A DNA stretch of 64,000 bases from Candidatus Heimdallarchaeum aukensis (GCA_021513695.1 CP084166.1:1760001-1824000), one strand, 5' to 3'. Shown: positions 1-9,972, counted from the stretch's first letter. Program-made: numbers and translations. Notes: a model not told the origin generated them from the letters alone.

Positions 1-345
1 AAGGAGTTAATTGAAAAATCTGCATGTAGGTCTGAGAACTATAAGCAAGGTACAATAATAAAAGATGAAATCTATGAGGATAATATTAACCTAGACGATG
101 AAATTTTTGATTATCCACCGTTAAAGAAATCTTCATTTGGTTTTTCAGACAAAGAACAGGAAGCATCTCCTCTTACTTATAAGCAAGGTAAGACATTCAC
201 TGAACCAAGAGAAATGATTGGAGTAGGAACTTTAACTTTTGGCCGTCCTTTATCATCAAATGGAACAACCTGCTCTAAATGTGGAGCAATTGTGAACGAA
301 GGTTGGCAATATTGTGGAAAATGTGGAAGTTATATAGAAAGATAA
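1..345 (+). CDS. 3' end of a gene truncated by the window edge; C-terminal double zinc ribbon (CSKCG...CGKCG)
   Basis: Frame 1 is open from position 1 to the TAA at 343-345. The C-terminus carries CxxC-x10-CxxC. The rest is uncharacterised. Confidence 0.4.
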   Translation, partial: KELIEKSACRSENYKQGTIIKDEIYEDNINLDDEIFDYPPLKKSSFGFSDKEQEASPLTYKQGKTFTEPREMIGVGTLTFGRPLSSNGTTCSKCGAIVNEGWQYCGKCGSYIER

Positions 346-357
346 GATCTATCTTAA

Positions 358-1653
358 TTATTCTGCATCCACACAACCTTCAGGAGTAATGGCGAAGATA
401 GCCTCTGATTCTGGTAAAACAGGAGAGTCATAGACTCGAATGATTCTCTTTTCCCCCTTGCTTTTTCTTAGATAAAACCTTGTTGTAGCCCAGTGACCCA
501 TAATGTTTCCTCCTATTGCTTGAGTTGGATCACCAAAAAAAGCTCCAGGATTTGATTGTACTTGATTCGTTATAACCACTGCAACATTATATGTGTCAGC
601 TATTCTTCCTAGAATTCCTAAGTGGTAGTTCATAGTTTGCTGTCTTTCTGCTAATGTTCCTCTTCCTGCATATTCTGCTCGAAAGTGTGCTGTTGCAGAG
701 TCAACAACCACAAGTCCATATTCATCTTTTTGGTTGAAAAACAGCTCTAACAGTCTTTCTGATAAAGTCATTTGATGGTCAGAATTATATGCCCTTGCAT
801 AACTAATATCCTTTAACACATCTTCGAAAGATTTTTTCCATCCTAATTCTCTTTGAAAACGTTCATGGATTGCTTTTATTCTACTTGGCGAGAAGGTTCC
901 TTCTGTATCAATAAACACCGCTTTCTTTCCAGCTCCTCCTAATTCAACTGGTAGTTGTACAGTAACGCAAAGTTGGTGACAAAGTTGAGATTTTCCTGAC
1001 CTAAATGGCCCAAAAAGTTCTATGGTTTCACCAAGTCTTACACCAGAAACCCCGAGTTCATCAATCGTAGTTAATGCATCAATGTTTTTTACACCATACG
1101 TAAAACTAAGAATAGATTTTTGCTTTTCTAAGACATCCAAAGCGTTAACAAACTCTATTCCTCCACGAAGTTCTTTTAACGCCTCTTTATATTTTTGTGC
1201 TGCAACAGCAGTTATACCATATTTTTCTTCTAATTCTCTAATTGGAGTTGTTTCTATTAAGTAGACATTAAGTCCTTTTTCTCTTAATGTTTCAGCAGTT
1301 TTTCCACCAATACCTGGTATGTCCTCTAAGTTTATTTCTTCTTTAAAATACTTATATTTAGGAACCATTTTCTTGATAGCTTCACGAATCTTTTTAGCTG
1401 TAGCTCTTTTTACACCCATAGATTGAAGTTCAAGAAGACTTGTTGTCATTATCTGATCGACATTTGTTATATTATTTTCTTCAAGAATCTTTGCTGTCTT
1501 ATCTCCAAGTCCAGGGATATCTTTTAGTGAAATACTTTCTATATCCACAAAAGATTCATCATTTTCTTTTTTTTCGTCAATAGATTCCTCATAGAACTCT
1601 TCAGCTTCCTTTACAAGATCTTCATTTTCATCTTTCTTACTCATATTTTGCAC
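358..1653 (-). CDS. radA: DNA repair and recombination protein RadA (Rad51/RecA family) with tandemly duplicated N-terminal HhH domain
   Basis: Walker A GPFRSGKSQ, the FIDTEGTF motif and a RecA-fold core are present. There are two consecutive DIPG[LI]G-containing HhH modules before the ATPase core. The protein is 431 aa, versus about 320-350 aa for typical RadA. Confidence 0.9.
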   Translation of the reverse strand: MQNMSKKDENEDLVKEAEEFYEESIDEKKENDESFVDIESISLKDIPGLGDKTAKILEENNITNVDQIMTTSLLELQSMGVKRATAKKIREAIKKMVPKYKYFKEEINLEDIPGIGGKTAETLREKGLNVYLIETTPIRELEEKYGITAVAAQKYKEALKELRGGIEFVNALDVLEKQKSILSFTYGVKNIDALTTIDELGVSGVRLGETIELFGPFRSGKSQLCHQLCVTVQLPVELGGAGKKAVFIDTEGTFSPSRIKAIHERFQRELGWKKSFEDVLKDISYARAYNSDHQMTLSERLLELFFNQKDEYGLVVVDSATAHFRAEYAGRGTLAERQQTMNYHLGILGRIADTYNVAVVITNQVQSNPGAFFGDPTQAIGGNIMGHWATTRFYLRKSKGEKRIIRVYDSPVLPESEAIFAITPEGCVDAE

Positions 1654-1728
1654 CGATAACTCAATAAATTACCTTAACTAACATAGATAGATTAAGCTAT
1701 ATAAAGTTAGTATTTTTTTAAAAATTTT

Positions 1729-2235
1729 TTAATAGTCTACTCCCTTTCTTGCAGAAATTCCTTGCTGAAAGGGGTGCGCAATTTCTTTAATTACTAAGTC
1801 CAGATCTACGTCCTTGAAATCCCTAGATGCTAACCTCCCAGTAATAATTATTTTTTCATTTATTTTCTCAATTAATGAATAAATATCTTCAATTTGTATA
1901 AGATTATAATATAACGCAAATCCTAACTCATCGAGAATTAACACATCACTTTCTGTATCTTTAATAGAATCTTTTACAATAGATAGTTGCTCTTTAATGA
2001 ATTCTCTAAACTCGTTTTCATTTTTCTGTGGAATAAAGAACGTTTCTTTTCCTATAGTGAACCAATTAACATTAAATTTCTCTGTAATATATTTACACTC
2101 CCCACACTCTTTTCCTGTTTTCAAGAATTGAATTACTGTTACCTTTTTATTATCTATCAGGGATTTAATTATTTTACCAACAGCATTTGTTGTCTTTCCT
2201 CTACCTGTTCCCCTGATAATTTCGATTTGCACCAT
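1729..2235 (-). CDS. CobA/CobO/BtuR-family P-loop protein (ATP:corrinoid adenosyltransferase-like), intact Walker A
   Basis: GTGRGKTT P-loop, a VIQFLKTG segment and ILDE...ITGR...IKEIAHP match the CobO family signature. Confidence 0.75.
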   Translation of the reverse strand: MVQIEIIRGTGRGKTTNAVGKIIKSLIDNKKVTVIQFLKTGKECGECKYITEKFNVNWFTIGKETFFIPQKNENEFREFIKEQLSIVKDSIKDTESDVLILDELGFALYYNLIQIEDIYSLIEKINEKIIITGRLASRDFKDVDLDLVIKEIAHPFQQGISARKGVDY

Positions 2236-2426
2236 AAAAAAAGAAATTAAATGAATATATATTAAGATTATCAGATGATTTATTTTTCACATATTGATAA
2301 AACAAGTATCCCCATTTCAAATAAAATGAAAATAAATTTGATTCTATTATTTATTAACCCAAAACTTTTTTACAGATTTTTAACAAACTTGTACCATAAA
2401 GTAGCTTCATTCAAAATAATATAAAA

Positions 2427-3437
2427 GTGGTTACCGTGTCAGAAATAGTACAACAAATAATTGATTCTGGTGCAATTTATCTAGTTAATCCAGCTTTAAT
2501 TCAAACAACAGTAGATGACTTTTTAGATAAATATGGACATTTATTAGATGTAATTGGTTTATATGCAAAGGGGAGTAATGGTTTCACTTTTTTCCCCAGT
2601 AATAATGCCCCAAAACATCCAAATTTAAGTATTTATTTCCATTCCTTCTGCACTATTGCAGATAATATGGGAATAAAAGTTGATGCCTTTAGTCATGTAC
2701 ATCGAGATAGTTTTTTGGTTCAAAATGCAGATTTCAGGGAACAAAGTAGTGATGGAGAGAAAATTGATTTGTTCGCATGTCCAAGTCATCCTTACATTAA
2801 TCAGTATAACTCTGCCATTGTTTCAGAAATCGTACAATATCCAGTTAATAAACTAGTTTTGGATAATATTTTATTTGCAAATTTAAAAGCATGTTTCTGC
2901 GATAGATGTAGAAGGTTATTTGCACAAAAATGGAATATTGAACGAGATTTCAGTTATGATTTCTTAAAATCAAGAGATTTTTATGATAATTGGGTTGAGT
3001 TTAGAACAACACTAATAGAAAATACACTAAGAGAGATTACAGATTCAATGAAACAGATCAAGAATGTTGATTTGGCATTTGTCATCAAGGCAGATAAAGA
3101 AACTAGCTATTTAACAGGAACAGAGGAGAATTTTGGACAGAATATAGCAAATATGCTTAAAATTACAAATAACATAATAACCCATGTTAATCCTTGGACA
3201 GAGATTCCCTCAGCTGGCAGTGAAGACTTCCAAAATCTTGTTAATGCCCTTTCACCACTTTTAGAACTATCAAAAACAGGAGTTGAACATTCATTGCTTT
3301 TCTGGGGTGTTAATGACAAAGAAAAATTAGATCTTGTTTTAAAGTTAAGCGAAGATTTGAACCCAAACAATATCTACATCCAAGATATAAAGCCAACAGA
3401 CTTCACAAAGTTAAGGCAAATTAATTTAGGTTTTTAA
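2427..3437 (+). CDS. hypothetical protein with CFCDRCRRLF cysteine motif; possibly TIM-barrel glycoside-hydrolase-like
   Basis: A 336-aa ORF with normal composition. Its stop is 1 nt before the next start. No confident family match was made by eye. Confidence 0.5.
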   Translation: MVTVSEIVQQIIDSGAIYLVNPALIQTTVDDFLDKYGHLLDVIGLYAKGSNGFTFFPSNNAPKHPNLSIYFHSFCTIADNMGIKVDAFSHVHRDSFLVQNADFREQSSDGEKIDLFACPSHPYINQYNSAIVSEIVQYPVNKLVLDNILFANLKACFCDRCRRLFAQKWNIERDFSYDFLKSRDFYDNWVEFRTTLIENTLREITDSMKQIKNVDLAFVIKADKETSYLTGTEENFGQNIANMLKITNNIITHVNPWTEIPSAGSEDFQNLVNALSPLLELSKTGVEHSLLFWGVNDKEKLDLVLKLSEDLNPNNIYIQDIKPTDFTKLRQINLGF

Positions 3438-3438
3438 A

Positions 3439-4881
3439 ATGAAGGGGATCGAAGACGCAGTCGAAGAAATAAAACAAATGTTCTGGGGAGTTTTAAAGGG
3501 AAGTTACAGCCCTGAGGAAGAAGAAGATGTAAAAGTAAGACTTATTACTGCTTTATCAAGTTTAACTGCATTTGCAAAATCTTTTTTGCCAGAAGAACAA
3601 CAGCAAGAATATGAAGAACAATTTTCTCAAGCACGTAACATTTTACAGCGGTTTGATTCAGCTGGCCCTTGGTTCAGAGAGCTTCCAGAGATGATTGATG
3701 CAGTGTACAATATTCTTACCTATGCAAATGTATTGCAGATAGAAGTACAGCGATATAAAGACATGAATAATGATGCGCTACAATACTATAACATAAAACT
3801 TGAAAAAATAGAAATGAAGTTAAATTCACTTGAAAATGAACTTAGAAAAATAAAAACTTATGTTAAAGAGAGGATTACCAAAGAAGATTTGGTTAAAGAA
3901 AGCGAAATAATTGAAATTGAAGAAAAAGAAGAAAAACTTCTTCAAACTCAAGAGATTTTAGGCGAAGAGACTAAACTTGAAACTGTTGAAAGAGCAGAAG
4001 ACTTAGAAGAAGCACTTGAATTAGTAAAAGAAGAACCAGAGCTGTTACAGGTTGATGAAGCCGTTGAGATGGAAGAACCAGAAACAGTAGATGAAACTGT
4101 AATGTCTAAATTAGAGGATATTACAACTGAAGATATTAGTAGCATACCTAAAGATATTTCTAAAGAAGACATAAATTTAATTGAAGGAATCGAACTAGCC
4201 TCAAAACTTGAAGAAGATCACATCCCTATAAAGGAGAGTTTAGAAACAGAAAGTGAAAGTCTGCAAAAACTTGCAAATTTACTTCAAGCTCTTGATCCAG
4301 GCGACGATCTAGTTCTTTCACCATTAACTCAAAAACTATTAGAGCTAAGTGGTGATGAAGGAAAAGCTGAGATAGCAGCAGAAAAAAAGCAAGAATTTCA
4401 AATTGATGTGCAAGAGCAAACTGGCACTGAAGTAGCGAAAGAAGCTGAAATGAAAGATGCTAGTGTTCCTTCGTCAGTTGATAGATTAAGTGACATTTTG
4501 GCTTCACCTGACAAAATACAAGATGCAGCAACATTCATTTCAGCAATCCGTGACACTATTGATCAAGTAGCAAAACAAACTGATGATGATTCAACATCTA
4601 CCCCCTTAACTAAAATAATTGAAGCAGAAACTGGTCAAACAGATGAAACACCTTTAAGCATTGCTGATATTGAGAATATTATTAGCCATTTAGAAAACAA
4701 AAGAGAAAACGCAATAGAACGGGTAAAGAAACTCGAAAAAATAATTGCTACAGAAAAAATGGATGAAGCAGAATGGCAAGATTTAATGATAAGTGCACAA
4801 CAACACCTCCTACGAATAGAAGATACTCTTGATGGTTACAAAAGGGTATTAAACAAATTAAGAATGCAATTAGAAAAATGA
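3439..4881 (+). CDS. hypothetical acidic coiled-coil protein (E/D-rich low complexity)
   Basis: A 480-aa ORF translationally coupled to both neighbours. The N-terminal ~110 aa are globular-like, followed by a long Glu/Asp/Leu/Lys-rich region. Confidence 0.5.
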   Translation: MKGIEDAVEEIKQMFWGVLKGSYSPEEEEDVKVRLITALSSLTAFAKSFLPEEQQQEYEEQFSQARNILQRFDSAGPWFRELPEMIDAVYNILTYANVLQIEVQRYKDMNNDALQYYNIKLEKIEMKLNSLENELRKIKTYVKERITKEDLVKESEIIEIEEKEEKLLQTQEILGEETKLETVERAEDLEEALELVKEEPELLQVDEAVEMEEPETVDETVMSKLEDITTEDISSIPKDISKEDINLIEGIELASKLEEDHIPIKESLETESESLQKLANLLQALDPGDDLVLSPLTQKLLELSGDEGKAEIAAEKKQEFQIDVQEQTGTEVAKEAEMKDASVPSSVDRLSDILASPDKIQDAATFISAIRDTIDQVAKQTDDDSTSTPLTKIIEAETGQTDETPLSIADIENIISHLENKRENAIERVKKLEKIIATEKMDEAEWQDLMISAQQHLLRIEDTLDGYKRVLNKLRMQLEK

Positions 4882-5303
4882 GAAAAATGGTCAATTTTGT
4901 TCATTTTTATTTTGGAGATGCTGATGAAACCTTTTATACAGGAATAGGAACCGCAATTAGAGCTTTAGGACATGGAAAAAAGGTTCAAGTTATTTTAACA
5001 GATAAAAAATTCTATTGGGTAGAAAAAATCTCTACAGAAACAGATGATTTTAGAATTTTTAAGCTGAAAACTAAGAACGACATTAATTTCTTGAAGGAAA
5101 TTATAAACTCCTCAGAACAAGAGTTAATATTGATTTCAGATATCGATCTTCTTATTCAAAATAATTGGATTACAGCAGAGCATTTGAAAGATATTGTGTT
5201 AAAACTAAAAGAAAAGAAGGAAGTAATTATTACAAGTATGTCTTTCTATAAATCGATAGCAAATATCGCAGACTATTGCTCTCATTTTTCAAAAGAGGGA
5301 TAA
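4878..5303 (+). CDS. CobO-like pseudo-enzyme paralog with degenerate P-loop
   Basis: It aligns to the CobO core: GTAIRALGHGKKVQVI and ILISDIDLL...EVIITSM. The Walker A GxGKGKTT is replaced by GDADETFY. Its ATG overlaps the upstream stop. Confidence 0.6.
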   Translation: MRKMVNFVHFYFGDADETFYTGIGTAIRALGHGKKVQVILTDKKFYWVEKISTETDDFRIFKLKTKNDINFLKEIINSSEQELILISDIDLLIQNNWITAEHLKDIVLKLKEKKEVIITSMSFYKSIANIADYCSHFSKEG

Positions 5304-5486
5304 TAAGCAAGTCTAATTTTACTTTTTACAACAAAATAATCTTTAACAAAAAAGCAATTTTTTGATTTTTCTCTTCTACGATTATTTTCGTATATAACAA
5401 GGAGCTTATTATCCACTTTATTCTTCCTATTTCGTGTTTTTTAGAATCTTAGATAGTTTTTTATATTTTCATCAAAAAGAATAGCC

Positions 5487-5921
5487 ATGCAATTCAAGAT
5501 CGATTCTTCTAAAGGACTGCATTTTGTAAAATTAGAACCTGGAGAAGACATTCTCCCTGAACTTAAGAGATATTGTCAACAACACAATATAAAATCTGGT
5601 TTTATTCAAGGAATAGGCGCAGTAAAAGAGGCGACTCTTGGTTATTTTGATCTAGAAACAAAACAATATCTAAGAAATAATATGAAAATCAATGCTGAAA
5701 TGTTAAGTTGCATAGGTAATATTTCCAAGAACAAAGAAACAAGTGAATATATTATTCATTGTCATATCATTTTAGGAGATAATGAATTTAGAGTCATTGG
5801 TGGACATCTCTTCGAAAACACAATAATATCAGTTACAGGAGAATTCATTATTACAGAATCAAAAGAAGAAATTTATCGTTCTCTTGATGAACAATTCAAT
5901 CTTTCACTTCTTGAACTATAA
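5487..5921 (+). CDS. PPC/DUF296-domain protein (PD1-like predicted DNA-binding domain)
   Basis: It has the PPC pattern: LHFVKLEPGEDI...GIGAV...IIHCHIILGDNEFRVIGGHLFE...VTGEFII. Confidence 0.55.
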   Translation: MQFKIDSSKGLHFVKLEPGEDILPELKRYCQQHNIKSGFIQGIGAVKEATLGYFDLETKQYLRNNMKINAEMLSCIGNISKNKETSEYIIHCHIILGDNEFRVIGGHLFENTIISVTGEFIITESKEEIYRSLDEQFNLSLLEL

Positions 5922-5964
5922 AAAAAGATAATAAAGTAATTTCAAAAATTTCTTTTTTTGAAAT

Positions 5965-6924
5965 TTAAAAATCTAAGTTGATTACTTCGTGCTTTTCTAT
6001 ACTTTTCATCGCAGAAACTGCAATATTTAGAGCTTTGATACCATCATCAGAGCTAACAGGAAGGGTTTCATTATTTAAACAAGCAGAGACGAATGCATTT
6101 AATTCTGCACTTAATGGCTCCTTCCAGGGGGTTTTACGTTTTTTAATAAATTCACCATCTTCAACAACAAATTCTTGGCTCATGAAATCTGCTTCAACAA
6201 TGCCATGTTCGCATGTCAACATTAATTTTCTGAACTTATGAGGAGTTAAATAATTACTTTCAATGAATCCTGTTACTCCATCTCCAAAATCTAGAAGTAT
6301 TTCTGCATAGTCATAATATCTGTGACGTAATTTTCCTCCACGAGCGTAAACAGCCACAGGATCTTTCCCAACCATATACCTAAAACCATCTATGTCATGG
6401 ATACTAACATCACGTACAACGTCAACATCCTTAAGTCTATCAGGCCAGTAAGGACCTAATCTTCGGGCACTAAGTAGAACAACATCACCTAGTTCTTTGT
6501 TTTCAATTAGTTTTCTTGATCTCTGTGTAACTGGATTAAAACGCTCAATAAAACCGACTCCTACTTTCCTCCCACTTTCTTTCTCTACTTCAATTACTTT
6601 CTTAGCTTCTTCAATAGTACTAGTCATTGGTTTTTCAATAAAAACATGTTTTCCAGCTTCAAGAGCTTTTATGGCTAATTCAGCATGTGTTGTTGTAGGA
6701 GACGCAATTGAGACCATTTCTATCTCTTCGTTTTTTAGCAAAGAATCTAAATCAGGAAATGTATTAACTTTATACTGTTTTGCTAATGCTTTTGCACGTT
6801 CTTCAGAAGCATCGTAAATACCCACCAAATTGGCTTTTTCGGATTCACTGTAAACTCGAACATGATTTTTTCCCCAACTCCCTGTTCCTATTACTGCAAC
6901 GCCTAATTTTTTCATAATAAACAC
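5965..6924 (-). CDS. Gfo/Idh/MocA-family NAD(P)-dependent oxidoreductase
   Basis: N-terminal Rossmann motif GVAVIGTGSWGKNH, the EKP motif and a C-terminal alpha/beta domain are present. Confidence 0.85.
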   Translation of the reverse strand: MFIMKKLGVAVIGTGSWGKNHVRVYSESEKANLVGIYDASEERAKALAKQYKVNTFPDLDSLLKNEEIEMVSIASPTTTHAELAIKALEAGKHVFIEKPMTSTIEEAKKVIEVEKESGRKVGVGFIERFNPVTQRSRKLIENKELGDVVLLSARRLGPYWPDRLKDVDVVRDVSIHDIDGFRYMVGKDPVAVYARGGKLRHRYYDYAEILLDFGDGVTGFIESNYLTPHKFRKLMLTCEHGIVEADFMSQEFVVEDGEFIKKRKTPWKEPLSAELNAFVSACLNNETLPVSSDDGIKALNIAVSAMKSIEKHEVINLDF

Positions 6925-7021
6925 TATTTACTTTTTTTGAGTTAAATAGAGTTAATTTGCTTATAAATATTTCTTTATGCATAAAATTAATACAAAAAAA
7001 GAATAGAAAGGTAATGTAAAA

Positions 7022-7798
7022 TTAATTATTTTGTAACAATACGAATATATTATCTTTACCTGATTTTCCTCCAAGGAGAGAAATATCGACAATCTTAAAA
7101 TCAGTTTTCCTTATTAACTTAACCAGTTCACGACGTGAAAAAAGGTGATAATAGCGTTTTGCAATAACTAAACCTTCAGAATTCTTCCAAGGTAAATAAT
7201 AATCACCAAAGCGCCAATTACTGTTAAACAATTTCTTAATCGGGAATAGGATTAAATCTAAAATCATCTTAAGTCGCGTATCTTTTTTCCATTTATACCA
7301 AACTGAAAGAATAAAAAAGCCGTTTTTTTGTAATATTTTTTTTATTTCAGTAAATGCACAGATAACATCCGTTTGGTTATTCAGATGATGTATTGCTGCA
7401 ATTGACAGAACTAAGTCATAAGATTCTTTTCTAAAAGGTAAGGAAGTCATTTCTAGATTAACTAGATGGTTAGCAGAGTTTAGTAATAGTACGGAATTTT
7501 TTAGCAACTTGAATGATAGGTCACACAATATAAATTGGCTTTTATATTCTTGAAATAAAAGAAGATTTCTCCCATTTCCACCACCAACATCACATATGAG
7601 ATGTTTTTTTGATAAATCAATTAAATTGGAGATCTTAAGCAAATATTCTTTGAAATCCTTCCATGGCTTGCGCTTTGTTCTTATATAGTATTCACTTATT
7701 GTTGAATAAGCTGACATTAAATTATTCAGGTTTGACTCATTATTTTGCATAGGGAGCACTGAAATTAGTAAATGTTTCTTATAAAAAAAAGGAATCAT
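7022..7798 (-). CDS. class I SAM-dependent methyltransferase
   Basis: Motif I is DVGGGNGRN. Motif post-II is LSIAAIHHL. Confidence 0.75.
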   Translation of the reverse strand: MIPFFYKKHLLISVLPMQNNESNLNNLMSAYSTISEYYIRTKRKPWKDFKEYLLKISNLIDLSKKHLICDVGGGNGRNLLLFQEYKSQFILCDLSFKLLKNSVLLLNSANHLVNLEMTSLPFRKESYDLVLSIAAIHHLNNQTDVICAFTEIKKILQKNGFFILSVWYKWKKDTRLKMILDLILFPIKKLFNSNWRFGDYYLPWKNSEGLVIAKRYYHLFSRRELVKLIRKTDFKIVDISLLGGKSGKDNIFVLLQNN

Positions 7799-7865
7799 AA
7801 GGTTTTTAATTTAATCATTCTCGTTAAAAATAACGATATAAAATAACGGAAAGAGGATTATTAAG

Positions 7866-8492
7866 ATGGGATTTTGGTCTGACTGGTTGGATGCTATCGC
7901 ACGATGGATTTCTAACAATAATTGGAATCAACTACCGCAATCTGTGCTATTTATCACACTCACTAGTATTTCTATTTCAGCGTTTTCTGCAATAATTACG
8001 AAACTGTTAGTGGATACAGAATCACTTAACGAAGACATGCAAAAAATAAACAAATGGAATCAAAAAAGAAAAATGGCAATGGAAAGAGCAGATAAAAAAT
8101 TATGGCTAAGTGTTAAACGAGAAGAAGATGCAATAAAGCGTTTACAACAGAGTATGATGATGAAAAGAATGAAGCCAATGTTAGTTACATTTATTCCATT
8201 TATGGTTATCTTTGCAATCTTAAGAAGAGCTTTTAATGGACATTATTATGCTTGGATACCATTCAATATGGGTAGTTTTCCATGGATAGGTAAGACACCA
8301 TGGAGCGAACAAGTAACTTATGATGGACATGTTTATTCAAAGATTAGCTTTACATTCTGGTATTTCCTATCAAGCTTCGCATTTGGTTCTCTAATATCAC
8401 GTATATTAGGAACAAACCCCCAAGGAGCAGTAAGCACAGATAGTAAGAAGAAATCAAAAACATCCAAAAAAACGGTTAAAAAAAATAAATAA
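7866..8492 (+). CDS. DUF106-like membrane protein (archaeal YidC/Oxa1/EMC3-like insertase candidate)
   Basis: The layout is TM1, a basic coiled-coil segment, then TM2 and TM3, with a Lys-rich C-terminus, typical of archaeal DUF106. Confidence 0.5.
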   Translation: MGFWSDWLDAIARWISNNNWNQLPQSVLFITLTSISISAFSAIITKLLVDTESLNEDMQKINKWNQKRKMAMERADKKLWLSVKREEDAIKRLQQSMMMKRMKPMLVTFIPFMVIFAILRRAFNGHYYAWIPFNMGSFPWIGKTPWSEQVTYDGHVYSKISFTFWYFLSSFAFGSLISRILGTNPQGAVSTDSKKKSKTSKKTVKKNK

Positions 8493-8633
8493 GCAAGGTT
8501 TCCTTGCTTTATTTATAACAAGCTAACTTTCCACTGACAAATTAAAAAATGTATTTTGTCATCAAAATATATATTTAAAAATAATCTTCTTTCCATGAAA
8601 GTATAGTATTCAGAAACAAAAAGAGGATTTTCA

Positions 8634-8891
8634 ATGAGACCTAATTTAAGAGTTAGTAAAAAGCGCATGGTTCGAACCCCAGGTGGTGTTCGCGTTAAGA
8701 GATTAAAGAAGAAAACAAGTAAAGCTCATTGTGGAGAGTGTGGTGCTATTCTAGGTGGCGTCGCTTTTGGTAATCAGAACGAAGTTAGAAAACTTCCTAG
8801 GTCCAGAAGATTGCCTTCAAGAGTTCATGCTGGTTATCTTTGTCCTGAGTGTTTAAAAAGGAAGATCAAAGCAAAAGTCAGAAGCGTATAG
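8634..8891 (+). CDS. rpl34e: 50S ribosomal protein L34e
   Basis: RVSKKRMVRTPGG...KAHCGECGAILGGV matches eL34. The ATG lies 5 nt after AGAGGATTTTC. Confidence 0.8.
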   Translation: MRPNLRVSKKRMVRTPGGVRVKRLKKKTSKAHCGECGAILGGVAFGNQNEVRKLPRSRRLPSRVHAGYLCPECLKRKIKAKVRSV

Positions 8892-8916
8892 CTGATTTAA
8901 TAATTAGGTGTAACCT

Positions 8917-9447
8917 TTGCCAATTATTGCTATCTCTGGACAACATGGTAGCGGTAAAACAACCGCAGCAAAAATGTTAGCAGAAAGTCTTAATTATAGG
9001 TACCTTTCTGCAGGTTCTATTTTTAGAGAAATGGCAGAAAAAAAGGGTTACACCTTAGAAGAATTTACTGCACTTGCAGAAAAAGATACTTCAATTGATG
9101 AATATATTGATAGAAAAACAGTAGAAATTGCAAAATCTGAAAAAGATTTGATTGTTGATGCGCAACTAGCCGGTTGGTTACTTAAGGATATTGCAGATCT
9201 TTCGATTTGTATTTCTGCAAGTTTTGATAAAAGAATAGAACGTATTGCAAAAAGAGAGAACAGAACAATTGAAGAAGTTTTTAAAGAAACAAAAACAAGA
9301 GAAAAATCAGAAAAAGAGCGATACGCTTCGTTATATTCTTTTGATTTAAGTGATTTAAGTATTTATGATTTAATAATTAATACTGACAGGTTAGAAGCAC
9401 AAACAGTCGTAAAGATAATATTGGCAGCAATAAAGGAAAGAGATTGA
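8917..9447 (+). CDS. cmk: cytidylate kinase, archaeal type
   Basis: IAISGQHGSGKTT and SAGSIFREMA, with end-to-end similarity to archaeal Cmk. The eL34-cmk-eL14 order is conserved. Confidence 0.9.
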   Translation: MPIIAISGQHGSGKTTAAKMLAESLNYRYLSAGSIFREMAEKKGYTLEEFTALAEKDTSIDEYIDRKTVEIAKSEKDLIVDAQLAGWLLKDIADLSICISASFDKRIERIAKRENRTIEEVFKETKTREKSEKERYASLYSFDLSDLSIYDLIINTDRLEAQTVVKIILAAIKERD

Positions 9448-9627
9448 AATATATTTCAGTTCAATTAATGTATAAAGTTTTTTCATACAATTCATTTCTA
9501 AATCAGATTCTCAAATTTCAGAATCTTTTAATATATACTCTTATTGTGGAACTTAACCAAACGATTATCCACTAATTATCAATTAATTAGTGTGGATTAG
9601 TTGGTGACAATTAATCGAGGTGCAAAA

Positions 9628-9903
9628 ATGACAGCAATTCAAATTGGAAGAATAGTTGTAAAAACAGCAGGCAGAGAAGCTGGTAAAAAAGCTATTATTG
9701 CAGATTTAATTGATCAGAATTATGTTTTAATTACTGGTCCTAAAGATTTAACAAAAGTACGAAGAAGAAAAGTAAACGTTGGACACATTGAATTAACTGA
9801 TAAAGTTGTTTCCATTAAACGCAGTGCTTCTGATGATGAAATAATAAAAGCAATAGATGAGGCCGGCCTTACTGATTTTATGAAAGAGGAAATTGTTCCT
9901 TAA
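9628..9903 (+). CDS. rpl14e: 50S ribosomal protein L14e
   Basis: MTAIQIGRIVVKTAGREAGKKAII contains a KOW-like region. The start is placed at the ATG at 9628, 6 nt after GAGGTG. The in-frame GTG at 9604 is less likely. Confidence 0.85.
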   Translation: MTAIQIGRIVVKTAGREAGKKAIIADLIDQNYVLITGPKDLTKVRRRKVNVGHIELTDKVVSIKRSASDDEIIKAIDEAGLTDFMKEEIVP

Positions 9904-9972
9904 CTCAATAAAAATGTATCACTACATTTTTATTACTTTATTCTTTTTATTTTTTCGCATACAGTGATTTAT

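Noticed and set aside
1022-1264. 80-aa plus-strand ORF inside radA
   Set aside because: It lies antisense within a well-supported CDS and has low-complexity composition, so it is a spurious shadow ORF.
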